64,000 nt of DNA, from the NCBI GenBank assembly GCA_963675295.2, contig CAXXKJ010000002.1, positions 2,016,001 through 2,080,000 on the forward strand, given 5' to 3'. This stretch comes from a bacterium. GTDB lineage: Bacteria > Electryoneota > Electryoneia > Electryoneales > Electryoneaceae. Shown piece after piece: positions 42,478 through 52,454 of the stretch. Every line of letters begins with the position of its first letter. Positions within the stretch are counted from its first letter, which is position 1. The notes below the pieces were generated by a model that was not told the origin of the DNA, made no database searches, and was given only the letters and a program-made list of their open reading frames with translations. The position numbers and the translations under genes were made by a program.

Positions 42478-43872
42478 ATGCGTTGCAAGGCCATCACCGT
42501 GCTGTTGGCGGCACTGTTTGCCTTCACCACGGTCGCGACCGGTGTTTATGCCGGTACTGAGAACGATGCGGCAAGTACCGATCGTTCCGCGATGTTGAGC
42601 AAGACCGTTACGATTGATGCCGATGACGCCAGTCTTCCGACGGTGTTGTCGATTCTCGCAGCCGAGAGCGGTTACAACATCGTGACCGGTCCCGGAGTGA
42701 ACCAGCAGGAACGGATTACGGTTCACTTGAGAAATACCCCGATTGAAGAAGCGATGAACCTTGTGGTTCGTGCTGCCGGGCTTTCCTACGAAGTGGTGGG
42801 GAACAGCTTCCTGGTCGCCGAACAGCGCAAGCTTCGTGAAGAAGTCGGTTTGACCAGTTACGTGGTCAATCTGCAGTATGCGAACGCGGAAGAAATCGCG
42901 GACATGCTGCAGGACTTTAACGCGTCGATCCAGATTGACAAAAGCGGCAACAAGATCCTGCTGATCACCAGCCCGAAGGTGATCAACGAGATCCGTTCCG
43001 TCATCGCGGCCGTTGACCGTCCGGCGCTGCAGATCATGCTTGAAGCTCGCCTGATCGAGGTGGCGGTTGAAGATGAAGAGAAATACGGCATCAACTGGAA
43101 CAAGCTGACCCCGTTCGAAACGATTGTGTACGAAGGGTCGGACGTGCCGAACTCGTCGCGTGCCGGCGAAGTTCCGCAGCAGGTTCCGTATGTGCCGATT
43201 GACGATCTGAACACGTTCGGCCAGTTTGGTTACCAGGAGCCGATGTTCGAGTTGACCATCGACTACCTGTTGAAGAACAACCTGGCGGAAGTGTTGGCGA
43301 ACAGCCAGATCGCGACGATGAACAACAAGCCGGCACAGATCAACGTCGTCGACCGCATTCCGTTCATTTTGTCGTCCGGCGGCCTCGGTGGCCAGGTCCG
43401 TACACAGATTGAGGAAGTCGGCATCAAGCTGGACATCGTTCCGACCGTGAATACGGATGGGTACATCACCACCCAGATCACGCCGGAAGTGTCCAACGTC
43501 TTCCAGTTGATCGGTCCGGACCAGAACATTCCGTGGGTTGTCAGCCGTCGTGCGACGACGACGATCCGCGTGAAGGACGGCCAGTCGATCGTGATCGCGG
43601 GTCTGCTTGGTGTGAACCGCAAGAACACGATCTACAAGGTTCCGTTCCTCGGCGACATTCCGTTCGTCGGTGGCCTGTTCCGTCACAAGTCGATGCAGGT
43701 TAAAAAGACCGACCTGATCATCGAGATTACGCCGCACATCATCCAGGATGGTATGTCGGCAATCGAGAAGAGCCCGTTGGTGCGCGAGGCGGAACGTCAT
43801 TCGTTGCAGCAGACGGAATTCGAGAGGGCGGCTGAGGAGAACCTCAAGAAGTATGAGGACGTGGACGAGTAG
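42478..43872 (+). CDS. pilQ: outer-membrane secretin (PilQ/GspD family)
   Basis: signal peptide, LQYANAEEI N-domain, QIMLEARLIEV, VKDGQSIVIAGL, KVPFLGDIPFVGGLFR. Confidence 0.93.
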   Translation: MRCKAITVLLAALFAFTTVATGVYAGTENDAASTDRSAMLSKTVTIDADDASLPTVLSILAAESGYNIVTGPGVNQQERITVHLRNTPIEEAMNLVVRAAGLSYEVVGNSFLVAEQRKLREEVGLTSYVVNLQYANAEEIADMLQDFNASIQIDKSGNKILLITSPKVINEIRSVIAAVDRPALQIMLEARLIEVAVEDEEKYGINWNKLTPFETIVYEGSDVPNSSRAGEVPQQVPYVPIDDLNTFGQFGYQEPMFELTIDYLLKNNLAEVLANSQIATMNNKPAQINVVDRIPFILSSGGLGGQVRTQIEEVGIKLDIVPTVNTDGYITTQITPEVSNVFQLIGPDQNIPWVVSRRATTTIRVKDGQSIVIAGLLGVNRKNTIYKVPFLGDIPFVGGLFRHKSMQVKKTDLIIEITPHIIQDGMSAIEKSPLVREAERHSLQQTEFERAAEENLKKYEDVDE

Positions 43873-43918
43873 TCTCGTTGCCGGTAACGGATTGGCAGAC
43901 GGAAAGAGGAACTCCCTG

Positions 43919-45601
43919 ATGGAATCCGTATCTGGTGGCAGGCGTTTCATTCAGCTATTGGTTCTTTGCACAGCGATCCTTTGTTACGCTGGAACAACGC
44001 AGGCCCAACGTTCTCAGAAGTCGACGTCTGAACGGTCGTTGACTTTTGAAGAGCGGGTCAGTGAGTCCAGGAAGAACGTTCTCGGGGTGCTCGACCAGGG
44101 CACCCGGGCGTCAACGCCGCAATCGGCGTCGTTGGCGCAGGACGCACCGATCGATCCGGACACGTATGTGCTCGGTCCCGGTGATGTTCTCGGCATCAAT
44201 TTGTACGGCGGTGTAGGCATGTTCTACACCGCGACGGTGACGCCGGAGGGGACGTTGGTTGTGCCGCAATTGCCGATGATTGACATCGGTGGGTTGACGC
44301 TAACCGCGGCACGTGACACGATTTCCGCCCATTGGAGCGGCGAACTGGACAACATTCCACTGGAAGCGTCTCTGCTGCAGATGCGGCAGATGCGGGTTTC
44401 GGTTGGTGGGGCGGTGAATGTGCCGGGGCAGTATGTGGTTACTCCGGCCGATCGTGCGCTGACCGTGATCGATCTGGCCGGCGGTGTGACGGACAACGCC
44501 AGTGAAAGGCGTGCCACGCTGATTCATGCGGATGGCAGCCGCGAAAACGTTGACCGTTTGCGGTTCCTGCGCTTCGGTGCGAAAGATGCGAATCCGTTGT
44601 TGACCGCTGGTGACCATCTCATGGTTGAGCCGGTTGTCAAGGTTGATGTGGCCGCGTATATCGAGGTCGGCGGGGGAGTGAGCATCCCCGGCACCTATGA
44701 ATGGGTGCGGGGTGATCGCGCCATCCATGCGATCGAACTGGGCGGTGGAGTTCGCGAATCGGCAGCTGTCGATTCCGTTCGGATCACTCATTTCGTATCC
44801 GGTCAACCGGAAACCCGGGCGTATACGTACGGCCAGGTGCAGGCGACTGGCGGTCCGGAGCTGAATCCGGGCGATCTGGTGTATCTGCAACTTGCCGCAA
44901 CCTGGCAGCCTTCACGTGCTACTGTGCTGGTGAAGGGCGAGGTGAAGCGGCCGGGCCGGTACCCGATCGTGGACGGAGAAACGACGCTGCTTCAGATCAT
45001 CGATCAGGCGGGTGGGTTTACGGAACGCGCGTCGTTGCGTGGATCTCGAGTCTGGCGGTTGCAGAACGACGATTTTGCGTTATCCCGTGAAGTGGAGCGA
45101 TTAGACACGATTGATGTGACGTTGCTGAGTCGTTCCGATCAATACCTGTTGCGGGACTACAAGCGGTTGTTGAATCGGGATTTCGTGCCGGTGGATTTCG
45201 TCGACCTGTTTGAAGGCGGCAAAAAGGATCGTGAACAGAACAACATCGTACTTTACGATAGCCTGGTGGTGAACGTTCCGCGAGAAGTGCATTATGTGCT
45301 TGTGCTTGGGGCGGTGGAATCGCCGGGGTATTACCAATACGAGCCGGGATGGGAGTACAAGGACTACATCAATGGTGCTGGCGGGTATCTGAAGGAGGGA
45401 GACGAGAGGAACACGCGTCATCTTCCGTATGAAAGTTCGCAATTCATGCTTGCCCGCAACGATAGCGATGTAAATTCCGGTGATGTTCTTTATGTGCCTG
45501 AGAAGTACATCCCGCCGTTCTGGACGACGTTCCGGGACTACTTCTCGGTGTTCCTGCAAGCTGCGACCCTCGCGATTCTGATTTACGCGAACACGCAGTA
45601 G
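43919..45601 (+). CDS. SLBB-domain polysaccharide export protein (Wza/KpsD-like)
   Basis: YVLGPGDVLGI Poly_export motif; repeated V.GAV..PG.Y / AGG SLBB domains; C-terminal amphipathic helix. Confidence 0.85.
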   Translation: MESVSGGRRFIQLLVLCTAILCYAGTTQAQRSQKSTSERSLTFEERVSESRKNVLGVLDQGTRASTPQSASLAQDAPIDPDTYVLGPGDVLGINLYGGVGMFYTATVTPEGTLVVPQLPMIDIGGLTLTAARDTISAHWSGELDNIPLEASLLQMRQMRVSVGGAVNVPGQYVVTPADRALTVIDLAGGVTDNASERRATLIHADGSRENVDRLRFLRFGAKDANPLLTAGDHLMVEPVVKVDVAAYIEVGGGVSIPGTYEWVRGDRAIHAIELGGGVRESAAVDSVRITHFVSGQPETRAYTYGQVQATGGPELNPGDLVYLQLAATWQPSRATVLVKGEVKRPGRYPIVDGETTLLQIIDQAGGFTERASLRGSRVWRLQNDDFALSREVERLDTIDVTLLSRSDQYLLRDYKRLLNRDFVPVDFVDLFEGGKKDREQNNIVLYDSLVVNVPREVHYVLVLGAVESPGYYQYEPGWEYKDYINGAGGYLKEGDERNTRHLPYESSQFMLARNDSDVNSGDVLYVPEKYIPPFWTTFRDYFSVFLQAATLAILIYANTQ

Positions 45602-45747
45602 CACAGGACAGCCATACATACGACTGGTTCTTTTGCACCAATTCTGGTCCTTCGGGGACGGGGCTGGGCGAAGCGGACCATTGAACGTGGAAATGACGAG
45701 GTTCGCTGAGGGCGGCGACTGGGCCGCTGAACGCAGGAGGTGGATAG

Positions 45748-48700
45748 ATGATACGTAAGCACATGACGATTACGCTGGCACTGCTGGTGCTATTTGCTGC
45801 CTTTGCGCTCGTGTCATGCGATGACAGCAATCCCATCGAGGGTGGTGGTGGAAATGAAGACCCGATCACCGCTCAGGTTCAGAACCTGTCGCTGTCGTTG
45901 AGCGCGTCGAACCTGGAGGGGTATTTCGGTAGCAAGGACACGGTCTCCGTGATCGCGACCGCGACGAACAACGCCGGTGAGCCGGTTGAGAACGCGAAGG
46001 TAACGATCACCACGTCCGAGTTCGGTACCGTCAGCTACCTGACGGACAACACCACGGATGAAAACGGGCAGGTGTCCGCGCGTCTCATCGTGACCTATGT
46101 CGATTTCGGCGAAAACAACACGACGGGTATCCAGGCAACTGCTGGTACCGTCAAGTCGCTTCCGGTACGTGAGGTGACGGCGACGACGAACGACATCCGC
46201 GTCCAGGTTACCGCGACGCCGAGCAACTCTGTAGCGCTTGCCGGCCAGATGGCGACGAGCGATATCCGTACCAAGGTGCTGGATAGCGTGACCGGCGTGG
46301 CGGTCGAAGGTGTGCCGATTCGCGTTGAGATCATCAATGGCGCCGATGCCATCCTCAGCGCGCCCTCGTACGATGCTGCCAGCAAGGTTTACACCTCGAC
46401 GTTGACCGTGGAAGAAGTTCAGGGCACGATCGACGTGCAGGTTCGCGCTTCGGTGAACGTCCCTGGTGCGCAGATCGCCTCGATTGCCGGCCTCAGTGCC
46501 GAGCTGCCGGTGACGGTTCCGGGTAAGGAAGCTCCGAACGCGGACGCCGCGGGTACGATTGAAGCTGGTGAAGCCAACGAAACGACCCCGGTGACGGATG
46601 CTGCTCCGGTCCTTGGCAAGGGCGGCGTTGCGCTGAACACGTGGAAAGCCGCGGACGGCCCCGGTGACAAGGGTGGCCGCACGTTGGCGGAAAGCGTTGT
46701 CGCTGACACAGTGATGGTCCACTGGACCGTCTGGGGTTCGTCAATTTCCGAGATCTACCTCAGCATCTCCCCGCGTAAAATCAAGGCGATGCCGAACGAG
46801 AGCCGGCAGTTGACCGTGACCGCGGTCGCTGCTGACGAGAACAACAACGGTATCCGGGATCTGCAGCTTTATCTCAAGCTGCGGAACCTCGACCCGACCG
46901 AACCGACGGGCACGATTACCGTCCCGGCACTGACGGACTCTGCCGGCAAGACGACCGCCATTGTCAGCACGAATGGCGAGTATGGTACCTGGGTTGTTGA
47001 AGCCCGCACCTCGCCGACGCAGGAAGATCCGTGGACGGACACATTGACCGTTTCCTCGGGTTCTGAGGTTGTGGCCGCGTTCTTGAGTGTTGATCCGAAC
47101 ATGATTTTCGCTGAGCCAGGAGTTTCCGCGACCGCGACGGTTCGCGCGATTGCCTACAACGAACGCAACAACGGTGTTCCGGATTATGAGCTGCACCTGA
47201 CGCTTCGCGATCCGGACGGCACGCCAATCGGCGCCTCGATTGCACAGCCGGATTCCACCGACTCGACAGGTACCGCGCTGACGACGATCCAGAGTAACGG
47301 CGACTACGGCGACTGGGTTGTTGAGGTTCGCGCTTACGAAGATCAGGAAGAACCGCTTGCCACAAAGAGTCTGAGCGTGGTTGAAGGTTCTGCGATCCAT
47401 TCGATTAACATGATCCTGTCCGACACTGAGGTGTTTGCGGAGCCGGATGCGAACAAGGAAATCGACGTCTGGGCGACCGCGCGTGACGATAACAGTTCCG
47501 CGCTGGAAAACCGCCTGGTCTATTTCAAGCTGGTGAGCCTGGACGGCAGTTCGACGGGTACGATTGCGTATTCCGACACGACGGATACCGCCGGTGTCGC
47601 GCATACGGTCATCAACACGGAAGGTCAGACGGGCGAATGGCGTGTTGAAGCCCGTGCCTATCCGACGCAGAACAATGCGCTTGCACAGCGTGATCTCGAC
47701 ATCATCGAAGGTTCTGCAGTTACCGACATTTCGGTGACCATCTCGCCGAACGTGTTGACGCCGGCCCCGGGTTCGGCGGATACCGCGCAGGTTCGCCTGG
47801 TTGCGTACGATGTGAACGGCGCTGGTGTGCAGGATGCTGAGCTGCATTTGTCAGTGCGAAATATGATCAACGGCGAACTTGCCGGTTCGGTCAGCGAACC
47901 TGACTCGACGGGTGAGGATGGCGGTGTGATCGCTCAGCTGCTGACCAACGGTCGTTACGGCGACTGGATCGTTGAAGCGCGCCCGTACGCGGGGCATCCG
48001 TTGGTATTCAGCGACACCGTCAAGGTGAAGCCGGGTTCGCCGCAATACTTTATCGCTGTGCCGGACACGAACAGCATTTCAGTATTCGGTACGAACGGTC
48101 TTGAACAGACGGACGTGCGGGCCACTCTCTACACGGAGAACGACCTGCCGACGATCGACGATCAGTGGATCTACTTCCTCGCGGAAGAGTTCCCCTGGAC
48201 GATGGATGATGATACCCGCCTGCGCATCAACGACAACTATGGCCAGGATAGCCCATTCCCGGATAATCGTATTGGCGTTCCGCCCGGAATCGGCTTGCCC
48301 TATGACTCGGTCTTTTCCGAGAACGGTGTCGCAAACGTCACGATCACCTCGGGTCAGAGCAAAGGCCACGTCCGACTCCGGATCTGGTCCAAGGATCAGA
48401 GTGGTGAGGAAGACGTTGTGACTTCGTTCAACGGTCTGCAGATCGTCTCGGGTCCGCCGGATTCCATTGATGTCGACTTCCGTCCGGAACCGTTTGACGG
48501 TGGTGGCGCGATCTGGGATCTTGAAGTCAGTGCTCGTGTCTTCGACGCACGCGGTAACGACGTGCTGGACGGCTACACAGTCTACTTCTCGGTTGACTCG
48601 ACTGAATACGCGCACATTCTGGACCGCGGTGTGACCGGTAACGAATCCGAGCATACGACGTCAGTTACTCCGGGTGTCTGCTACTCCACGCTCGAGTACC

Positions 48701-49218
48701 ACAGTGAAGCTACCAACCGTACGGTGATTGTGACGGCTTCGGCGTTGAACGGCAATGGTGAGGAAGTGTCGGACCACGTTTCGGTTCACCTGCCATTGGC
48801 GGAACCGTCTGGTGTGCTTACTGTTCAGCCGGCGAACTACGACTTCGGTGACCATCCCGGTGACCTTGGCGAGTTCGAACTGCGGCTGGATGTTTTTGAT
48901 GGTCACGGCTACGGAATCAACCAGCAGTTGGTGAGTTTCAGCCCGGCGAAGGGCCGCATCTTCCGGGTGAACGACATCAATTCGCCGACGGTGCCGTTCG
49001 CGTATACCGGTATCTGGGACTACCCGCTTTACACCATCTGGGACAATGATCCTGACGGTGTCGCGTACCGCTGGTTCCTGATTACTGAAGGTGAAGCGTT
49101 CCCGGATCCGTCCGTGGGTGAAACTCAGGTTCAGATTACGGCGGAGATTATCGGTGTGCCGGATGCTTCGGTGGAACCGGTGACCGTCTTCCTGATCCGC
49201 GACATTTCACCGGAATGA
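45748..49218 (+). CDS. large surface lipoprotein with multiple Big_1/invasin-type Ig-like domains
   Basis: lipobox ALVSC followed by DD; TTDENGQV and TDSAGKT motifs; four tandem ~110-aa repeats. Confidence 0.82.
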   Translation: MIRKHMTITLALLVLFAAFALVSCDDSNPIEGGGGNEDPITAQVQNLSLSLSASNLEGYFGSKDTVSVIATATNNAGEPVENAKVTITTSEFGTVSYLTDNTTDENGQVSARLIVTYVDFGENNTTGIQATAGTVKSLPVREVTATTNDIRVQVTATPSNSVALAGQMATSDIRTKVLDSVTGVAVEGVPIRVEIINGADAILSAPSYDAASKVYTSTLTVEEVQGTIDVQVRASVNVPGAQIASIAGLSAELPVTVPGKEAPNADAAGTIEAGEANETTPVTDAAPVLGKGGVALNTWKAADGPGDKGGRTLAESVVADTVMVHWTVWGSSISEIYLSISPRKIKAMPNESRQLTVTAVAADENNNGIRDLQLYLKLRNLDPTEPTGTITVPALTDSAGKTTAIVSTNGEYGTWVVEARTSPTQEDPWTDTLTVSSGSEVVAAFLSVDPNMIFAEPGVSATATVRAIAYNERNNGVPDYELHLTLRDPDGTPIGASIAQPDSTDSTGTALTTIQSNGDYGDWVVEVRAYEDQEEPLATKSLSVVEGSAIHSINMILSDTEVFAEPDANKEIDVWATARDDNSSALENRLVYFKLVSLDGSSTGTIAYSDTTDTAGVAHTVINTEGQTGEWRVEARAYPTQNNALAQRDLDIIEGSAVTDISVTISPNVLTPAPGSADTAQVRLVAYDVNGAGVQDAELHLSVRNMINGELAGSVSEPDSTGEDGGVIAQLLTNGRYGDWIVEARPYAGHPLVFSDTVKVKPGSPQYFIAVPDTNSISVFGTNGLEQTDVRATLYTENDLPTIDDQWIYFLAEEFPWTMDDDTRLRINDNYGQDSPFPDNRIGVPPGIGLPYDSVFSENGVANVTITSGQSKGHVRLRIWSKDQSGEEDVVTSFNGLQIVSGPPDSIDVDFRPEPFDGGGAIWDLEVSARVFDARGNDVLDGYTVYFSVDSTEYAHILDRGVTGNESEHTTSVTPGVCYSTLEYHSEATNRTVIVTASALNGNGEEVSDHVSVHLPLAEPSGVLTVQPANYDFGDHPGDLGEFELRLDVFDGHGYGINQQLVSFSPAKGRIFRVNDINSPTVPFAYTGIWDYPLYTIWDNDPDGVAYRWFLITEGEAFPDPSVGETQVQITAEIIGVPDASVEPVTVFLIRDISPE

Positions 49219-49238
49219 TGGAGTCATAGCCATCCCAA

Positions 49239-49275
49239 ATTCACCCCGGGTGAACGGTCAGGCCCGGGGTGAATC
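49239..49275 (+). terminator. stem-loop after the Ig-repeat lipoprotein gene
   Basis: ATTCACCCCGGG...CCCGGGGTGAAT. Confidence 0.55.
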
Positions 49276-49323
49276 TTAACCTCGAGATGTTCCACTCTCA
49301 TACTGCCGACGAAGGAAGGGTTG

Positions 49324-51045
49324 ATGGAAGCAGGATTTCGTGTAAGCCAACAGATCGGTGAATTGCTCATCGAAGCTGGTTTTGTCACCGATGCGCAGTT
49401 AACGGAAGCATTGGAAAAGGCACCTGAAGAAGGTCTTCGTGTTGGTGAAATGCTGGTCGCACTGGGTTTTGCCACCGAAGAGAACGTTTTTTCGGCGTTA
49501 GCCAAGCAGGGTGATTACCGATTCTTCAACAACGAAGAATTGTTGGAATCGAAGGAAGAAGTCGTCCGGATGATTCCGGAAGAATTCGCCCTTGAAAATA
49601 CTTTGATTGCGGTTCGTCGTGAGGATGGCACTGTCTGGGTTGCGATGGAAGATCCGGATGATATTATCGCCATCGACAACCTGCACAAGATCGCTCCCGA
49701 CGATGTGAAGGTTGAAGTCGGAATGGCGGCGCCGCAGGGCATCCGTCACGCGATTGACCAGCTGTATGTCCGGATTCGTAAGCAGCGTGAGACGAAGGAA
49801 GTAATTGGCGACCTGCACTTCTTTGCCGAGTCGGAAGAGGGCGATGAGGGCATGGTCGACATGACCGATACGGCGAAGCAGGAAGACGCTCCGATCATCA
49901 AGCTGGTGAACATGATCATCAGCGAAGCGATGAAAGAGCGTGCCACGGATATCCACATTGAGCCGAAGGAGGACAACGTCCTCGTTCGCTACCGTATTGA
50001 TGGTGTGTTGAACGCGGTGATGGAACCTCCCCGCACGGCTCACAACGGTATTGTCGCCCGCATCAAGATCATTTCGAAGCTGAACATCGCGGAAAAGCGT
50101 TTGCCGCAGGACGGCCGTTTTACCATTCGTGCGAAGGATCGCGAGGTGGACGTTCGTGTATCGATCCTGCCGACGGTGAATGGCGAAAAGGTCGTGATGC
50201 GTTTGCTCGACAAGGGCACGTTTGGCTTTACGCTGGCGACGCTCGGATTCGAAGATCACCAGTACAAGATCTTCAAGCGCAACATCATCAAGCCGTACGG
50301 CATGATCATCATTTCCGGCCCGACGGGTTCCGGTAAGTCGACGACGTTGTATTCTTCGCTGCGTGAGATCATGAGCGAAGGCGACAACATCACGACGGTT
50401 GAGGATCCGGTTGAGTATCACCTCGACGGGATCAACCAGGTTCAGGTGAAGCCGCGTATCGGGTTGACGTTTGCTTCGTCGCTGCGATCGATTCTGCGTC
50501 AGGACCCGGACCGCCTGCTGATCGGTGAGATTCGAGATGAAGAAACGGCCGACATCGCGGTCAAGTTCTCGCTGACCGGTCACCTTGTGTTCTCGACGGT
50601 TCACGCGAACGACGCGCCGTCCACGATCACGCGTCTGGTCGACATCGGCGTCCCGCCGTTCCTCGCCGGTTCGTCCCTGCTGTTGGTCATGGCGCAGCGT
50701 CTTGTGCGTACCGTCTGCCCGCACTGCAAGCAGCAGTACACTCCGAAGGACACGGAGTTTGAGTACCTGGAGATTTCGAAAGAGGATCAGAACTCGATCG
50801 AATGGTACCAGGGCCGTGGCTGCGTGCATTGCCGAAACACGGGCTATCACGGTCGTACGGGTGTTTTCGAATTGTTGCAGGTGACGCCGGATGTGCGCCG
50901 TCTGATCTTCGAAAATGCGAGCCAGGACGAGATCCGTGACATGGCGATTGAGCAGGGGATGCAGACCCTGCGTGAGCACGGCATCGACAAGACAAAGCGT
51001 GGATTGACGACACTCGCGGAGATTCTGCGCGTGACGACAGAATAG
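49324..51045 (+). CDS. pilB: type IV pilus extension ATPase (PilB/GspE)
   Basis: MshEN-like N-terminus, ATDIHIEP, RLPQDGR, GPTGSGKSTTLY, LRQDPD, tetracysteine CPHC/CVHC. Confidence 0.95.
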   Translation: MEAGFRVSQQIGELLIEAGFVTDAQLTEALEKAPEEGLRVGEMLVALGFATEENVFSALAKQGDYRFFNNEELLESKEEVVRMIPEEFALENTLIAVRREDGTVWVAMEDPDDIIAIDNLHKIAPDDVKVEVGMAAPQGIRHAIDQLYVRIRKQRETKEVIGDLHFFAESEEGDEGMVDMTDTAKQEDAPIIKLVNMIISEAMKERATDIHIEPKEDNVLVRYRIDGVLNAVMEPPRTAHNGIVARIKIISKLNIAEKRLPQDGRFTIRAKDREVDVRVSILPTVNGEKVVMRLLDKGTFGFTLATLGFEDHQYKIFKRNIIKPYGMIIISGPTGSGKSTTLYSSLREIMSEGDNITTVEDPVEYHLDGINQVQVKPRIGLTFASSLRSILRQDPDRLLIGEIRDEETADIAVKFSLTGHLVFSTVHANDAPSTITRLVDIGVPPFLAGSSLLLVMAQRLVRTVCPHCKQQYTPKDTEFEYLEISKEDQNSIEWYQGRGCVHCRNTGYHGRTGVFELLQVTPDVRRLIFENASQDEIRDMAIEQGMQTLREHGIDKTKRGLTTLAEILRVTTE

Positions 51046-51097
51046 GGCAGGGTTGCGTTTGCAGCTTTGAGCGCACGAACCACCAGGACGGACGAAC

Positions 51098-52351
51098 ATG
51101 CCCAATTTTGCATTTATCATTACCGAGCCGGATGGCACCCGGCGTGAAGACCGGTTGCGGGCGAACAGCTACGAGGCCGCGTGGTCGCAACTGACGAAGC
51201 GTGGCTGGAAAATTGTCTCGCTGCGTGAAGTCCGGATGGCCGAGCAGGCGCAGTCGACGTCAATCGTTGACCAGATCAGTACGGCAGTGTACCGGATGCG
51301 GACTTCGGTTCCGTTGCAGACACTTGTCTTCTTCACCCGTCAGCTGGCAACGATGTTCTCCGCGGGTTTGACCATCGAAAAGTCGGTGGCGAACCTGATG
51401 GAAGAGGAGAAAAGCAGCCGATTCCGTAAGACTCTCGCCGCTGTCGCGACGGATTTGAAACGCGGTAAGGCGTTATCGGAAGCGTTGGCGGAGCACCCCG
51501 GTGTCTTCGACAGTTTGTACATCGCGCTGGTCAAGGCCGGTGAAATCTCCGGTTCGTTGAACACGGTTCTTGAGGAGCTCAGCAACTACCTCGAAGCGGT
51601 TGCGGAAACGCGTCGTAAGGTTGTGTCAGCGTTGACTTATCCGGTGATCATCGTGTTGTTCATGATCATCATTCTGACCGCGTTGTTGATCTTCATCGTT
51701 CCGATGTTCACTGACATTTACTCAAACTTCGGCGCCAGCCTGCCGATTCACACGCGCATGTTGATTGCGATCAGCACGGCGTTGAGTGAAAACTTCATTG
51801 CGGCGGTTGGTATTACGATCGTGTTCTTCATCGTCGGCTGGACGCTGACGTTGACCGAGCGCGGCGGGATCGCCTGGGATACATTCCGCATTCGATTCCC
51901 GGTACTCGGACAGCTGCACGTAGACAGCATGATGAACCGTTTCTCGAAGACGTTCGGTATCCTGATGGGTGCTGGTGTACCGGTGCTGGAAGGGATTGAC
52001 CACTGCCACAAAGTTGTCGGCAACCGCGTGATTCGGCGCGCGCTGAATGACGTGAAGACGATGGTCAAGGACGGTTTCGCGATTTCGGTTGCGATGAAGA
52101 AAACGGGCAAGTTCCCGTCAACGCTGGTGCAGCTGGTTGCTACCGGTGAAGAAACCGGTGAAATGGACCGCTTGCTTGATCGTGCCGCCTACTTCTACGA
52201 AAAACAGGTGGAAGCGATTTCGGAACGATTGACCAGTTTGATCCAGCCGATGATGATCATTCTGCTCGGTGCGGTGGTGTTGACGATTCTCGTCTCGATT
52301 TACCTGCCGATTTTCCAGATTGGTCGCGTCATGCAGGCCGGTCTTGGTTGA
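51098..52351 (+). CDS. pilC: type IV pilus platform protein (PilC/GspF)
   Basis: FTRQLATMFSAGL, AGEISGSL, ALTYP, TGEETGEMD, IYLPIFQ. Confidence 0.95.
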   Translation: MPNFAFIITEPDGTRREDRLRANSYEAAWSQLTKRGWKIVSLREVRMAEQAQSTSIVDQISTAVYRMRTSVPLQTLVFFTRQLATMFSAGLTIEKSVANLMEEEKSSRFRKTLAAVATDLKRGKALSEALAEHPGVFDSLYIALVKAGEISGSLNTVLEELSNYLEAVAETRRKVVSALTYPVIIVLFMIIILTALLIFIVPMFTDIYSNFGASLPIHTRMLIAISTALSENFIAAVGITIVFFIVGWTLTLTERGGIAWDTFRIRFPVLGQLHVDSMMNRFSKTFGILMGAGVPVLEGIDHCHKVVGNRVIRRALNDVKTMVKDGFAISVAMKKTGKFPSTLVQLVATGEETGEMDRLLDRAAYFYEKQVEAISERLTSLIQPMMIILLGAVVLTILVSIYLPIFQIGRVMQAGLG

Positions 52352-52376
52352 TCGAGACCATTTATGTCGTACTTTC

Positions 52377-52409
52377 AAGCCCGGTGGGATCATGCCCGCC
52401 GGGCTTTTT
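52377..52409 (+). terminator. intrinsic terminator after pilC
   Basis: AAGCCCGGTGGG-ATCATG-CCCGCCGGGCTT TTT. Confidence 0.65.
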
Positions 52410-52454
52410 GCTGACGTGCTGCGCCGTTGTGTTCAACCCAGACGGATCTTGATC

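Noticed and set aside
42151-43950. 599-aa minus-strand ORF opposite the secretin
   Set aside because: Antisense shadow; the plus-strand secretin is unambiguous.
49498-51138. 546-aa minus-strand ORF opposite pilB
   Set aside because: Antisense shadow caused by codon bias.
52348-52375. TTGATC-N16-TACTTT as a pilD promoter
   Set aside because: It fits the motif but is followed immediately by a terminator-like hairpin, so its function is ambiguous.
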